Shown here piece by piece: positions 8,540 to 17,561 of a stretch of DNA of 48,170 nt (position 1 is its first letter; the number at the start of each line of letters is the position of its first letter). Below the pieces are notes generated by a model that saw only the letters and a program-made list of their open reading frames with translations, ran no database searches and was not told where the DNA came from. Position numbers and translations under genes: made by a program. This DNA is from an uncultured bacterium (GTDB lineage Bacteria > Muiribacteriota > Ozemobacteria > Ozemobacterales > Ozemobacteraceae), in contig CAZQYQ010000002.1 in NCBI GenBank assembly GCA_964597625.1, positions 2,722-50,891 on the forward strand. Reading direction: 5' to 3'.

Positions 8540-8594
8540 TCAAAGATACCGTTGCCATAACGGTGATGAATCCATCCATCCGGGGAGGCTGATC

Positions 8595-10028
8595 ATGTTG
8601 AAACAACGTGCCGCTCGCATCTGGAGCTGGCTTTTGATCTTTACATTCTTTGCACAGATCGTTGCCGCTGAAGTCGTTCCGGCACGCGAGGTGGTTCCGG
8701 CCGCTGAAGTCGTACCAGCCGGGGAAGTCGTGCCCACCGCCAATGCTCAACAGGGTCTGACGAGCGTTCCGGCGGTAAACCCGTTCGTCGGGGAAATCGC
8801 GGTCGGTGTTTCGCTGCTCATCACCTACGGGCCGCAGATTCTCGCCCTGGCCGCTACGGTCGCATCGATCGCGGCTGCCGTCAGCGTCATCATCAACACG
8901 AGCAAACAGTCTGCCGACCTGGTCAAGTCCATCGGTTCCAAGATGTCCAGCATGCTGCAGTTGCTGCTCGGGCCGCTCGGTATCAGCACCGGCATGACCA
9001 AGGACGGCGTCAACGGTCTCAGCAACGAGCTTCTGAACGTCACGAAGTTCGTCACCAACAGCATTTCCACCCCGGTCAGTCAGGTTCAGGGTCGGGTTGA
9101 CAAGTCCCTGTCCATGGCTCGCGATGTACAGAGTCTCGCAGGCCGCGGCCGTAACGTCGCGGGCCAGGTTGAGAAGCTTGCCCACACCACCTCTTCCGAA
9201 TTGAGCGGTATCACCGCCGGCGGGGAAGTGCAGCTGTTCCGCGACGGAGCCGGGAAAGTCGCGCAGAGACTCGAAAAAGAAGCAGCCCAGGCCGGCGGGG
9301 CATTCCGACTGACGCTCGACAATACCAGCATGACCACGGCAAGTCTGGAACGCATTCAGACGACGATCGGCAATGCGCTCACGGCTTCAGGAAAACAGGC
9401 CGATGAAGTGACTCTTCACGACATCAACCTGTCAGGCGCCAAGCTCAGCAAAGAACTTATCGACGCGCGCAAATACATGGTCATGTCGAATAACGCTCTC
9501 GTCGCGGCCGACAAATCGGCCAAGGGTGTTCACACCGAGATCATGGCTCTTCTCAATGACGTAAAAGCCGAACTGGAAGCCTTCGCCGCCACGAACGGCA
9601 TCGCCAAAGAGCAGCTCGACCGCATCACGAAGGAGCAGCGGGTCAAGATGTCCGGCCCGGCCGCCGATTCGACCCTGCCCCTCTCCGGAGCCGCCACTCA
9701 GAAGATGACCGCGAAAAGCATTTCTGAAGAGATCAACTTCATGGTGGACGAGCTGGGCCGGATCAACGCCGATGTTTCAACCCGCCAGAGCCCAGGCGTC
9801 GCCGCCAGGTCGGCGACCCTCACCGCAGCAGCCAATGCCGAGTCGGCCGCGAGGGCAAAGCAGGCTGCCGCTACGGACAGCGCCTATCAGAAGATGATCA
9901 ACGCCTACAAGGCCTATCTGAATGTCACGACGGCAAATCCGGCTGATAAAACCGGCATCGAAGCGGCCAAGGCAGTCTATGACACGGCTCAGGAAACGTA
10001 TCAGAAGACACTCCAGCCGGCGCACTGA
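8595..10028 (+). CDS. Secreted/membrane-associated helical protein of unknown function
   Basis: ATG 8595 lies 6 nt after ggggagg (8582-8588). Signal peptide MLKQRAARIWSWLLIFTFFAQIVA, then (EVVPx)4, then a hydrophobic stretch IAVGVSLLITYGPQILALAATVASIAAAVSVII, then about 380 aa rich in A/K/E/Q/S/T and helical by eye. No Cys or Trp after the signal peptide. The track start 8421 is a spurious extension overlapping the upstream gene. Confidence 0.75.
   Translation: MLKQRAARIWSWLLIFTFFAQIVAAEVVPAREVVPAAEVVPAGEVVPTANAQQGLTSVPAVNPFVGEIAVGVSLLITYGPQILALAATVASIAAAVSVIINTSKQSADLVKSIGSKMSSMLQLLLGPLGISTGMTKDGVNGLSNELLNVTKFVTNSISTPVSQVQGRVDKSLSMARDVQSLAGRGRNVAGQVEKLAHTTSSELSGITAGGEVQLFRDGAGKVAQRLEKEAAQAGGAFRLTLDNTSMTTASLERIQTTIGNALTASGKQADEVTLHDINLSGAKLSKELIDARKYMVMSNNALVAADKSAKGVHTEIMALLNDVKAELEAFAATNGIAKEQLDRITKEQRVKMSGPAADSTLPLSGAATQKMTAKSISEEINFMVDELGRINADVSTRQSPGVAARSATLTAAANAESAARAKQAAATDSAYQKMINAYKAYLNVTTANPADKTGIEAAKAVYDTAQETYQKTLQPAH
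8670..8738 (+). repeat. Four imperfect 18-nt coding repeats (EVVPA-R, EVVPA-A, EVVPA-G, EVVPT)
   Basis: gaagtcgttccggca cgc / gaggtggttccggcc gct / gaagtcgtaccagcc ggg / gaagtcgtgcccacc. The units differ mainly at synonymous positions. Confidence 0.8.
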
Positions 10029-10058
10029 GGCAACTGATCCGGTCCTGACGATTTTCAT

Positions 10059-10090
10059 CCCGCCCTTTCGGCAGCCGCCGGAAGGGCGGG
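10059..10090 (+). terminator. Terminator hairpin after the 8595..10028 gene
   Basis: cccgccctttc (10059-10069) pairs with ggaagggcggg (10080-10090), 11 bp with one G-U. 10-nt loop, followed by cttgtt (weak U tract). Confidence 0.6.
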
Positions 10091-10309
10091 CTTGTTATCC
10101 GGGATTTGTTTTACAAAGAGCTGAAAATGCAAGATAATCGATGACAATGGCGTGAAATGTCTGTGATATTTCAACTTCACTGCCCTTTACGCCCGTTTTT
10201 CACGTAAATAAGCGTTCATATTTCGAGAGCAAAATGTCGATGTTGTTTACAAGATAAGAAAAGCCGGAAAGGGATTTTTCGGCATGATGGGCCAAGGAGG
10301 GCACAGATC

Positions 10310-11425
10310 ATGAAGATTTCGAATTTTCCCACTGCCCAGGAACTCTTCAAACAGCTCGAAGATCTTTCAAAAGACGATCAACGCCCCGCTGAAGCCGGGA
10401 CCACCACCCCGGCTGCGTTGCCGGTTTCCGACAGTTTCGAGAAAGCCGTTCCAACGGCCGATCAGGCTGAATCGGGTAATCTGCAGCAGGAATCAGGCGG
10501 GCTGCGCATCGCCTATCATTTCGATCTGTTCTATCAGCTTTCCCAGCAGATTCAGACAAAGATGGGCCAGAGCGGTCAGGAACGGTTTGTCGAAACCTCA
10601 AGCAAGGTCGCGGAAGCCTTCAAGGGAAATTTTTCTCTGCAGATCGATGGCGTCGGATCTTTCCTCAAAGGCACCGATTCTTCGCTGAAGATTTCAAATG
10701 AAACCACCAACCAGTTTCTTGACTCCGTGAACAACCTGGCAGATCTTTCGCCTGAAGCTCTCAGCAGTTTTCTCGAAAAGTCTGACACGTTTTTCAATGA
10801 ACTTGAAAAACAGTATGGCGAATCGGGCGGGGCATTTGACGAGATCAAGGCCCAGATGCAGGAACAGGCCAGGAATTTCTTCGACGGCGTCAAGACGATT
10901 CAAGACGAGTCAGGCCTCGGTGCTGAATTCTTCGGCGGAGACAGCACCGGCACCGAAGCCGAGGGAACCGGCCAGACCGCGGCGGCGGCCCAGCTGCCTC
11001 AGTCGTCTGAAACCGACTCGGGCGCGCCGGACGTCACCCTTGCCGTCGGACCTCAGCAGGGCACGCAGGTTTCAGCCAATCAGTATCAGGCGTTCGTCGA
11101 AAGCTTCCTGCAGTATACCCTTCGCTTCAAACAAAGTATATTCAGCACAATGTTAAGCAGCGGGCAGTCAAGTCCGCAGTCGGCTCTCTCCAGCACTGTT
11201 CCGTCATCCTCATCCGATGCCGTCAAATCGACGCAGGCAACGATGCTGGACAAGCTGTCTCAGGCACTGCATCCTGATACCCCGAACGGGAAGTTCCCGA
11301 CCGGCTACTTTCCCGCCTCCGACAATGCGGCTTCATCGCTGCTCAGCCGGCTCGAACCCACGGATACGAAGTCGGAAAAAACCGGAAAACCCGTGAAATC
11401 ATCCAAGCTCGATACGTCAGCCTGA
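10310..11425 (+). CDS. Acidic S/T/Q-rich hypothetical protein with no signal peptide
   Basis: ATG 10310 is preceded by aaggaggg (10294-10301). 371 aa with no Cys and no Trp. Low-complexity acidic and Ser-rich segments. No motif recognised. Confidence 0.65.
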   Translation: MKISNFPTAQELFKQLEDLSKDDQRPAEAGTTTPAALPVSDSFEKAVPTADQAESGNLQQESGGLRIAYHFDLFYQLSQQIQTKMGQSGQERFVETSSKVAEAFKGNFSLQIDGVGSFLKGTDSSLKISNETTNQFLDSVNNLADLSPEALSSFLEKSDTFFNELEKQYGESGGAFDEIKAQMQEQARNFFDGVKTIQDESGLGAEFFGGDSTGTEAEGTGQTAAAAQLPQSSETDSGAPDVTLAVGPQQGTQVSANQYQAFVESFLQYTLRFKQSIFSTMLSSGQSSPQSALSSTVPSSSSDAVKSTQATMLDKLSQALHPDTPNGKFPTGYFPASDNAASSLLSRLEPTDTKSEKTGKPVKSSKLDTSA

Positions 11426-11455
11426 TCTTTTTCCATTTGTTTCGTTGCCTCCATT

Positions 11456-11477
11456 GCGCCGCGGAATCCCGCGGCGC
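11456..11477. terminator. Perfect 9-bp GC hairpin between convergent genes (bidirectional terminator candidate)
   Basis: gcgccgcgg (11456-11464), aatc, ccgcggcgc (11469-11477), followed by tttctt on the + strand. Sits between the 10310 gene stop and the sbcC stop (11482). Confidence 0.65.
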
Positions 11478-11481
11478 TTTC

Positions 11482-14400
11482 TTATCTGCAGGCAGATACC
11501 CTGCAGCCCGGGCCGGTGATCGTGCTGATTCCGGCGCCGATCCGGGTCACTTCCAGCCGTACCGGGAGGCGTTCCTTCAGTGATTCGACATGCGAGATCA
11601 CACCGATCAGCTTTCCCTGCTGCTGCAATCCGCAAAGTGCCGCCACCGCCATTTCCAGCGTGTCGGGGTCGAGCGCTCCGAACCCTTCATCGATAAACAG
11701 GGTATCCATACGGTGTTTTCTGCCCACCATCTGCGCCAGGCCCAGAGCCAGAGCGAGACTGGCGAGAAATTTTTCGCCACCCGACAGGTTTTTCGCAGAA
11801 GCCCTGGTATCGGCGATATGCCGATCGATGACCTGGAGCTCGAGTCCGCAGTTGGCAAGCAGATACCGCCCATTGAGTTTTTTCATCTGCTGATTTGCCT
11901 GGAAAACGAGGTTCGCGAAGGTCAGCCCGTGGGCGTAATCACGGAATTTTTTTCCGTCATGCGAGCCGATCAGCTCGCAAAGTTTGATCCAACGCTCCCG
12001 ATCGCATTCCGCCGCCTGAATCCGATCACCCAGCTCTTGATGTCGTTCACGGTTTTCCTTCTGGACCGACCATCGTTTCCACTGGTCCTGCCACGCGGTC
12101 ATCGCCAGGGAAACACGTTCTGCAAGCAGCGCCTCTTCCTGTATCAGTTCCTCGAGCGTGCAGGTCGTGGGCCTGGCGGCCTCGTATTCACTGATCTGCC
12201 GCCTGCCGTGTTCGATCCTGCCCTGGAGGTTGGTGGCTCTTGATTCGAGCTGTTTTTCCAGTTCCGTCAGCGATTTATTCAAATCGGGCGGCAACAGCGC
12301 CGAACGCAGGGCCGTTTGATCGGCAAACCCTTCCCGCCGCAGAAAATCCGCGAGCTTCTGTCCGGCATCCGCCAGCTCTTTCTCGAGTGCGGACAGAGCA
12401 GCTGCCTGCTGCTCTTCGGCGGCATGCAGCCTTGCCATCGTCAGATTCGCTTCCTGAACCCGCTGTTCCGAAGCATCTTCTTTTTGCCGCAACGCTGTTT
12501 GAGCCGACTGCCATTGCTCTTCCTCGACATCAGGGTTCTTGTCTCCATAGATTTCCCGGCGTTTTGCACCGGTTTCCGCGATGGTCCGCTCGACCGCCTT
12601 CAACTGCCCGATCCGCTCCTGGAGTTGCAGAACCAGACCGGCCAGTCGGGATTCGGCTGCCGTCAGCTCGGTCCGGGAGGCCTGTTCCGTCCGGCCGGCA
12701 TCTTCAAGCTCTTTTTGAGCCTTCTGCCAGGCCTCCCATCGTGTCTGAAGCTTCGGAATCACTTCTTCATCGAACTCCACGATGCCGTAGACAAGCAGTT
12801 CACGGAAAAGACCGGCATCCATCTCTTCCTTCTGACGTTCAAGCCCGGCCTGCTGCCCATTCGCTTCCCGGATAAGCGCATCGAGTTTCGCACGCAAGCC
12901 GAGAATCTCCGCCTGTTCTTTTTCCAGGCTCTGAAGCCTGGTATTTATAGCTACAAGTATTTTTTCAGCCACATCGCGTTTTTCCACGGCAGTCTGAAAA
13001 TCTTCGAATGCTTTTTCCGCCTTCCGGTACTCCGTTCCAAGGGCTGCCGCGAAAGAACCGAGGCCCGCTTCGTCTTCGGGGGAAATTGGCGTATCGAGCA
13101 GGCCGGCCTGCTTCTGCCATTTTTTCCGCAGCCCCGCCAGGGCTTTCTCGTGGCTTTTGAGGAAACTCTGATCGCCAGCCTGTTCGGTGGCCAGGTGATG
13201 ACATTTTTTCGTCGCTTCCTTGAGATCGTCTCCGGCTTTTTTCAGAGCGGCTTTGGCCAGTTTGAGCAGCTTGTCTGCCTGATCTGCCTCCGAAGCCGCA
13301 TCAACGCCATCGACCGCATATGGATGGCCGAGCGCGCCGCAAAGCGGGCACGGTTTCCCTTCCTGAAGGAGCCGCCGAAGTTCTTCGAGCGATGCCCTGG
13401 TCCGACAATCGGCTTTGCGCACGGTGTGATCCTCCACCGAGGCTTCGAGGAGCTCCAGTTCCTTTTCGAGTCGCTTCACGTTCTGCTCAGCCGCCTCGAT
13501 TTCCCTGGCGCGCGCTTCCATGGCCTTTTGCGCATCAAGCTGTTCGGCCGCCAGGCTCCGCATCTCGCCGCCGATATTCTGGAGAGTCTGCACAGCTTCT
13601 GATCTGCGTTCGGCGACTCTGAGGGTTTCCTGAAGCGATTTGAGACTTCCTCCGGGGAATTCGGAATCGAGGGCTTTCGTTGCCGCCGCAAGTTCTTCCG
13701 CCTTGAGGTTCCTGCTGCTCATTTCGGCTTCCAGGCTGTTTGCAACAGCGGTCACCTGTTCCTGAATGCGCGCCAGTTCTTTGCCGGCCGTTTCGATTTT
13801 CCGGCTGCTCTCATCGATCTGCCCGATGATTTCTCTGCGCCTTGCCGCAAGAGCTTCAAGCGCCTTGAGATCGCTCCCAAGGTGCTGGTCCACAGCTGAT
13901 TTCTCCAGCACGTCGGCAAGATTTTTCTGATGCCGCGCAAGCAGAGTGATGGCCGCATTCAACTCCGCAATCTGCTGCTGCGTGCCCAGCTGCTTTTCCT
14001 GCAGATCATCCCGGTATTGGCCGGCCTCGTCGAGGTTTTTCTGCAGCATGTTCAGCTGCTGGTCATAACCGCGCGCGTCTTTGATCCGGCTCTGTTCGGC
14101 TTCAAACTTCCGCTGAAAATCGGTCTGCAAGTCGCGGACACTCTTGCGATCGGCCTCGGCTGCCGAAACGGCCAGCTTCGTTTCGGGAAGCAGCCGCCTT
14201 GTTTCAGCCAGTTCAGCCTCTTTTCGGGCTTTTCCGGCACGTGCTTCATCGAGCAGGACAAGAAGAATCCGCCCCGGCTCGGCCCGCCGGCCGTCGGCCA
14301 GAAGGCGCAGCTCCGCCGCTCTGCTCTCGCGTTCCTGCCCAAGAATGCGCTGTTCCTCTTCCAGTCTCAGCTGTGTTTCAAGAAGGGCGGCACGGGCTTT

Positions 14401-15168
14401 AACCCAGGCAATGTGCTGCTGAACGAGCAGTCTGCGACCTTCCTCCTGTTTTCGCTGCTGATCGAGCTCGTCCGTTTTCAGCCTGAGAGCGGCGAATTCC
14501 TCATCGGAAACGATCGATACGCCCTTGAGCTCGGCGCGAAGCGCATCGATTCTGGCCGCTTCCGCTCTGTCGCGCTGGAATGCCGCCTGCGAAAGGCTTG
14601 TATAAATACCGGCTCCGGTTATCTGTTCGAGAATCTGGGCGCGATCGTCGTCCTTCGCTTCCAGAAACGCCGTAAACTGGCCCTGAGCCAGCAGGCAGGT
14701 GCGGGTAAACCGGTCGAAATCGAGCCCCGTGACATCCTCCACCATTTTCGGAACCTGGGAAAGTTTCGACGTCTCCCAATCGTCTCCGGGATTTTTTGGA
14801 GACAGCTGCACAAGTTGCATCTTCGGGGCCTGCAGCGCGCCTTCCGGGGAGTTGCGGGCGCGATGCTGCAGCCAGGTGGAGCGAAAGCTGGCGGTGCGGC
14901 CGCTGACATCCGTCTCGAAATCGACCTCTGCCAGGCAGGAGCCGGCACCACGCGTCATCAGCTCGTTTTCGCTTTTTGAGAGGCTGAGACGGGGTGTCTG
15001 GCCGAAAAGCGCCAGCGTTACAGCATCAAGGATCGTTGTTTTCCCCGAGCCCGTATGCCCGGTGATGGCAAAAATTCCAGGCCCGGCCAGGCCAGGGTCG
15101 GTGAAGTCGATCTCAAAGCGCCCTTTGAGGGAGTTGATATTCGAAAATCGCGCGGCAAGAATTTTCAT
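11482..15168 (-). CDS. sbcC: SbcC, ATPase subunit of the SbcCD nuclease (Rad50-like)
   Basis: N-terminus MKILAARFSNINSLKGRFEIDF...AITGHTGSGKTTILDA (Walker A). Very long coiled coil with a central zinc hook GKPCPLCGALGHP. C-terminal LSGGEKFLASLALALGL (signature) and TLFIDEGFGALD (Walker B). Start overlaps the sbcD stop (ATGA). Confidence 0.93.
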   Translation of the reverse strand: MKILAARFSNINSLKGRFEIDFTDPGLAGPGIFAITGHTGSGKTTILDAVTLALFGQTPRLSLSKSENELMTRGAGSCLAEVDFETDVSGRTASFRSTWLQHRARNSPEGALQAPKMQLVQLSPKNPGDDWETSKLSQVPKMVEDVTGLDFDRFTRTCLLAQGQFTAFLEAKDDDRAQILEQITGAGIYTSLSQAAFQRDRAEAARIDALRAELKGVSIVSDEEFAALRLKTDELDQQRKQEEGRRLLVQQHIAWVKARAALLETQLRLEEEQRILGQERESRAAELRLLADGRRAEPGRILLVLLDEARAGKARKEAELAETRRLLPETKLAVSAAEADRKSVRDLQTDFQRKFEAEQSRIKDARGYDQQLNMLQKNLDEAGQYRDDLQEKQLGTQQQIAELNAAITLLARHQKNLADVLEKSAVDQHLGSDLKALEALAARRREIIGQIDESSRKIETAGKELARIQEQVTAVANSLEAEMSSRNLKAEELAAATKALDSEFPGGSLKSLQETLRVAERRSEAVQTLQNIGGEMRSLAAEQLDAQKAMEARAREIEAAEQNVKRLEKELELLEASVEDHTVRKADCRTRASLEELRRLLQEGKPCPLCGALGHPYAVDGVDAASEADQADKLLKLAKAALKKAGDDLKEATKKCHHLATEQAGDQSFLKSHEKALAGLRKKWQKQAGLLDTPISPEDEAGLGSFAAALGTEYRKAEKAFEDFQTAVEKRDVAEKILVAINTRLQSLEKEQAEILGLRAKLDALIREANGQQAGLERQKEEMDAGLFRELLVYGIVEFDEEVIPKLQTRWEAWQKAQKELEDAGRTEQASRTELTAAESRLAGLVLQLQERIGQLKAVERTIAETGAKRREIYGDKNPDVEEEQWQSAQTALRQKEDASEQRVQEANLTMARLHAAEEQQAAALSALEKELADAGQKLADFLRREGFADQTALRSALLPPDLNKSLTELEKQLESRATNLQGRIEHGRRQISEYEAARPTTCTLEELIQEEALLAERVSLAMTAWQDQWKRWSVQKENRERHQELGDRIQAAECDRERWIKLCELIGSHDGKKFRDYAHGLTFANLVFQANQQMKKLNGRYLLANCGLELQVIDRHIADTRASAKNLSGGEKFLASLALALGLAQMVGRKHRMDTLFIDEGFGALDPDTLEMAVAALCGLQQQGKLIGVISHVESLKERLPVRLEVTRIGAGISTITGPGCRVSACR

Positions 15169-16382
15169 TCCCGGCCGCCCTGGCGCACCTGAAACAGGAT
15201 TTCCCGGAACGCCTCTCCAACAAGCGCTGCATCGCTCTCATTCAATTGAGCCTCCCTGACCCGAATCGCGAACACCTCTTCCGGAGTGACCTCCTGGATG
15301 TTGAGCACCGGCAGCTCCTGATCAGCCGCAATGGCCGACGATTCCCTGCGGCATGCCACGACCTCCAACGGAAGCCCTTCAGCCATCGCATCAACCTTTT
15401 CCTGAAGGTCCGGGACAAGCGCGGTGCCGGTATAAACCACCTCGACCCAGGGAGTGAGGGTTCCGGTCGGAACCTGTCTCAGGGCAATCCCGATATGTGC
15501 TATATCTCCAGATATTTTTACAAGTTCTCTGAAAACGGGCACAAGAACCGGTCTCCACTCCGCGGGAGCAGAGGTATCGCAGACCAGCACCTGTTTCGCA
15601 TGATCTGCTTCATCGAACGAGCATGGCAGCGGGGAACCGGAATATCGGACATGGTCGAACCCGCGGGCCGTCTGTGGACGATGCAGATGGCCGAGAGCGA
15701 TGTACGTCGCCTCGCGCGGAAACCGGTCGGCCGGGAACGCGCCGAGATCACCCACGTAAAGGTCGCGTTCGGAGCCGGTTTTTGCGCCACCCTGCGCGAA
15801 AAGATGACCGGTAGCGATAATCGGCAGCTCCGGAAACCCAAGCTGCTCGCGTCGCAGGACCGCCATGTCAACCAGCCGGCGGTACCAGGCAGCGGTTCCT
15901 TCGATGATGCCTGCCGCGCGCAGATCGGCCGGCTCAGCCGGTTTCGGGGTATAGACATCGCGATCGCGCAGATATGGAACGGCGCAGATGATGGCTCCCG
16001 GCGTTCCGTCGGCGCTTTCGGCCGTGATCAGCCCGTCTTCGGGCCGTTCCCTGTCGACCGCCCCGATGACGGAGACGCGCAGCGCCCTGAGAAGCTGCCC
16101 CGGCGCCTGCAGAGTCGCCGGAGAATCATGGTTGCCGCCCGTGACGACGACCTGGCGGCAGCCCGCATCGCCGCAGCGGGCCAGGAATGAATAGTACATT
16201 TCGAGCGCATAGTTCGACGGGAAGCCGGTATCGAAAACATCACCCGCGATCAGGAGCAGATCGATCCGCTCACGGCAAATGACCTCGAGCAGCCACTCGA
16301 GAAACCGCCGATGCTCTTCGTCACGCTTTCTCTGATATAACAGATGCCCCAGATGCAGGTCAGAAGTGTGCAGAATTCTCAT
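15165..16382 (-). CDS. sbcD: SbcD, nuclease subunit of SbcCD (Mre11-like metallophosphoesterase)
   Basis: MRILHTSDLHLGH..., LLIAGDVFD, VVVTGGNHDS, GHLF and LGHLH motifs. The ATG (cat 16380-16382) has an upstream GAGGA. The track ORF start 16505 is a spurious extension. Confidence 0.92.
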   Translation of the reverse strand: MRILHTSDLHLGHLLYQRKRDEEHRRFLEWLLEVICRERIDLLLIAGDVFDTGFPSNYALEMYYSFLARCGDAGCRQVVVTGGNHDSPATLQAPGQLLRALRVSVIGAVDRERPEDGLITAESADGTPGAIICAVPYLRDRDVYTPKPAEPADLRAAGIIEGTAAWYRRLVDMAVLRREQLGFPELPIIATGHLFAQGGAKTGSERDLYVGDLGAFPADRFPREATYIALGHLHRPQTARGFDHVRYSGSPLPCSFDEADHAKQVLVCDTSAPAEWRPVLVPVFRELVKISGDIAHIGIALRQVPTGTLTPWVEVVYTGTALVPDLQEKVDAMAEGLPLEVVACRRESSAIAADQELPVLNIQEVTPEEVFAIRVREAQLNESDAALVGEAFREILFQVRQGGRE

Positions 16383-16472
16383 GCCGTCCTCACCGCCATG
16401 TCCAACGTGAGACACACTGTAACATACCTGAAATCTGACGGATGTTCCGGATTTTGAGGGGATAATGAACAT

Positions 16473-16503
16473 GCCGTACCGGAACACATCGATCCGGTAC
16501 GGC
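16473..16503. other. Perfect 11-bp inverted repeat (gccgtaccgga N9 tccggtacggc) between the NHL gene and sbcD
   Basis: Arms at 16473-16483 and 16493-16503, with a 9-nt loop. No adjacent U tract on the minus strand, so it could be a terminator, an RNA element or a protein-binding palindrome. Confidence 0.5.
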
Positions 16504-16561
16504 ACGCAGCATCACTCTTGTTTTTGCGAAAAAATCGCCGGTCAGCCTTGGAACCTGATAA

Positions 16562-17533
16562 TCAGCCCTCCGGTTTGACGCCGTATTTGAAGGGGATGAT
16601 CCGGAAGAAGCCATCCGGGGCGTTTTTGTAATCAACCTGGCCGAGCCAGACGCCTGTGGCATCCTGAGGTTCGAGGTAGCGGTTCATGACGATCGGAAGC
16701 TTGATGTCCAGAATGGCGACGAGCTTGCCATCGAGCGTGCAGCGGGCCAGTTTCAGTGTGTCGATGGGAGCGCCGTCGGGAGTGAAGGTGACGAGAACCT
16801 CCCCGGCGGGGGTGATGAACCACAGTTCCGGATTGGTGTGGGCAGGAAGCTGGAGGGGCTTATCCGAAAGAGGCTTGCCGTCGAAGGCTTCGGCCAGGAG
16901 GTGGATCCGCTTATCCTTGTCATTCCACTGGAGGTGGTAGAGATTCTCCCTGGAATCCAGGCATAGCCCGGACCATTGCCAGGGAATCTCGCGAACCACC
17001 TGGCCGTTCGGCTGGAAAACGGTGATGAGCTGTTTGCCTTTGTCCGTGGCATACAGCCGGCCTGAAGGACCGGCTTCGATGCGAAAAATCTGGCGGAACT
17101 TGCCCGGGCCTTCCCCGTATCCGCCGAAGGACTTCAGCTTCTTCCCGTCGATCGAATAGAGCACGGCTTCCTGCGTGGTCCCATCGGCAACCCAGACGGA
17201 GGAAACGGTTCCCTTGTCATCACGGACGAGGGCGATATCCTCGATGATCGCGTTATTTCCGGACCTGGGGGTGGAGATCGTTGCGAGAACCGCGCCCTTG
17301 GCGTCAAGCCGGTAGATGCGGCCGGCCACGGTATCAGCGACCCAGAACTCCTGGCCGTTGATCCGGAAGGACATGGGGCCCCAGGGAAGGGGCTCCTCGA
17401 ATTTCTGCATATTCCGGGAGTTGAGGAAGGCCACCTTGCCGGGAGCATCGCCATAGGAAAGGGAAAGTCCTGTCTGAGAAAAGGCGGGCAGGGAGACCAA
17501 TACAGCGAACATCACAGCTATGAAAAAGCGCAT
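16562..17533 (-). CDS. Secreted NHL-repeat / six-bladed beta-propeller-like protein
   Basis: Signal peptide MRFFIAVMFAVLVSLPAFSQ. Repeated units of the type FWVADTVAGRIYRLDAKG, VWVADGTTQEAVLYSIDGK, RLYATDKGKQLITVFQPNG. Confidence 0.7.
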   Translation of the reverse strand: MRFFIAVMFAVLVSLPAFSQTGLSLSYGDAPGKVAFLNSRNMQKFEEPLPWGPMSFRINGQEFWVADTVAGRIYRLDAKGAVLATISTPRSGNNAIIEDIALVRDDKGTVSSVWVADGTTQEAVLYSIDGKKLKSFGGYGEGPGKFRQIFRIEAGPSGRLYATDKGKQLITVFQPNGQVVREIPWQWSGLCLDSRENLYHLQWNDKDKRIHLLAEAFDGKPLSDKPLQLPAHTNPELWFITPAGEVLVTFTPDGAPIDTLKLARCTLDGKLVAILDIKLPIVMNRYLEPQDATGVWLGQVDYKNAPDGFFRIIPFKYGVKPEG

Positions 17534-17561
17534 GGTAGTTGTTTACTCCTGATGAGAGAGA

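Noticed and set aside
8421-8594. N-terminal extensions of track ORFs (starts at 7814, 8421, 16505, 18617, 18428, 27235, 31778, 34306, 41638, 46089)
   Set aside because: In each case an internal ATG preceded by a good SD gives either a signal peptide or the conserved family N-terminus (for example MRILHTSDLH for SbcD, MADFDK for TrpB2, MAKIH for PilT). The extensions overlap neighbouring genes or terminators, or are Arg-rich.
12316-13602. 428-aa ORF on the + strand (plus 11590..12243, 12240..12875 and 13930..14979) antisense to sbcC
   Set aside because: The translations are F/L/R/P/G-rich and low in complexity, with no motifs. They are stop-poor antisense frames of a GC-rich coiled-coil gene rich in E/K/L/Q/A. 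The sbcC frame carries unambiguous Walker A, zinc-hook and signature motifs.
11482-16382. Whether the SMC-like ATPase plus nuclease pair is a phage-defence module (Lamassu/Gabija/Wadjet-like) rather than housekeeping SbcCD
   Set aside because: Both proteins show the full canonical SbcC (Walker A, CxxC zinc hook, signature, Walker B) and SbcD (Mre11 phosphoesterase motifs I-V) features. They also show the classic sbcD-sbcC order with a 4-nt ATGA overlap. No additional defence-type genes are adjacent.
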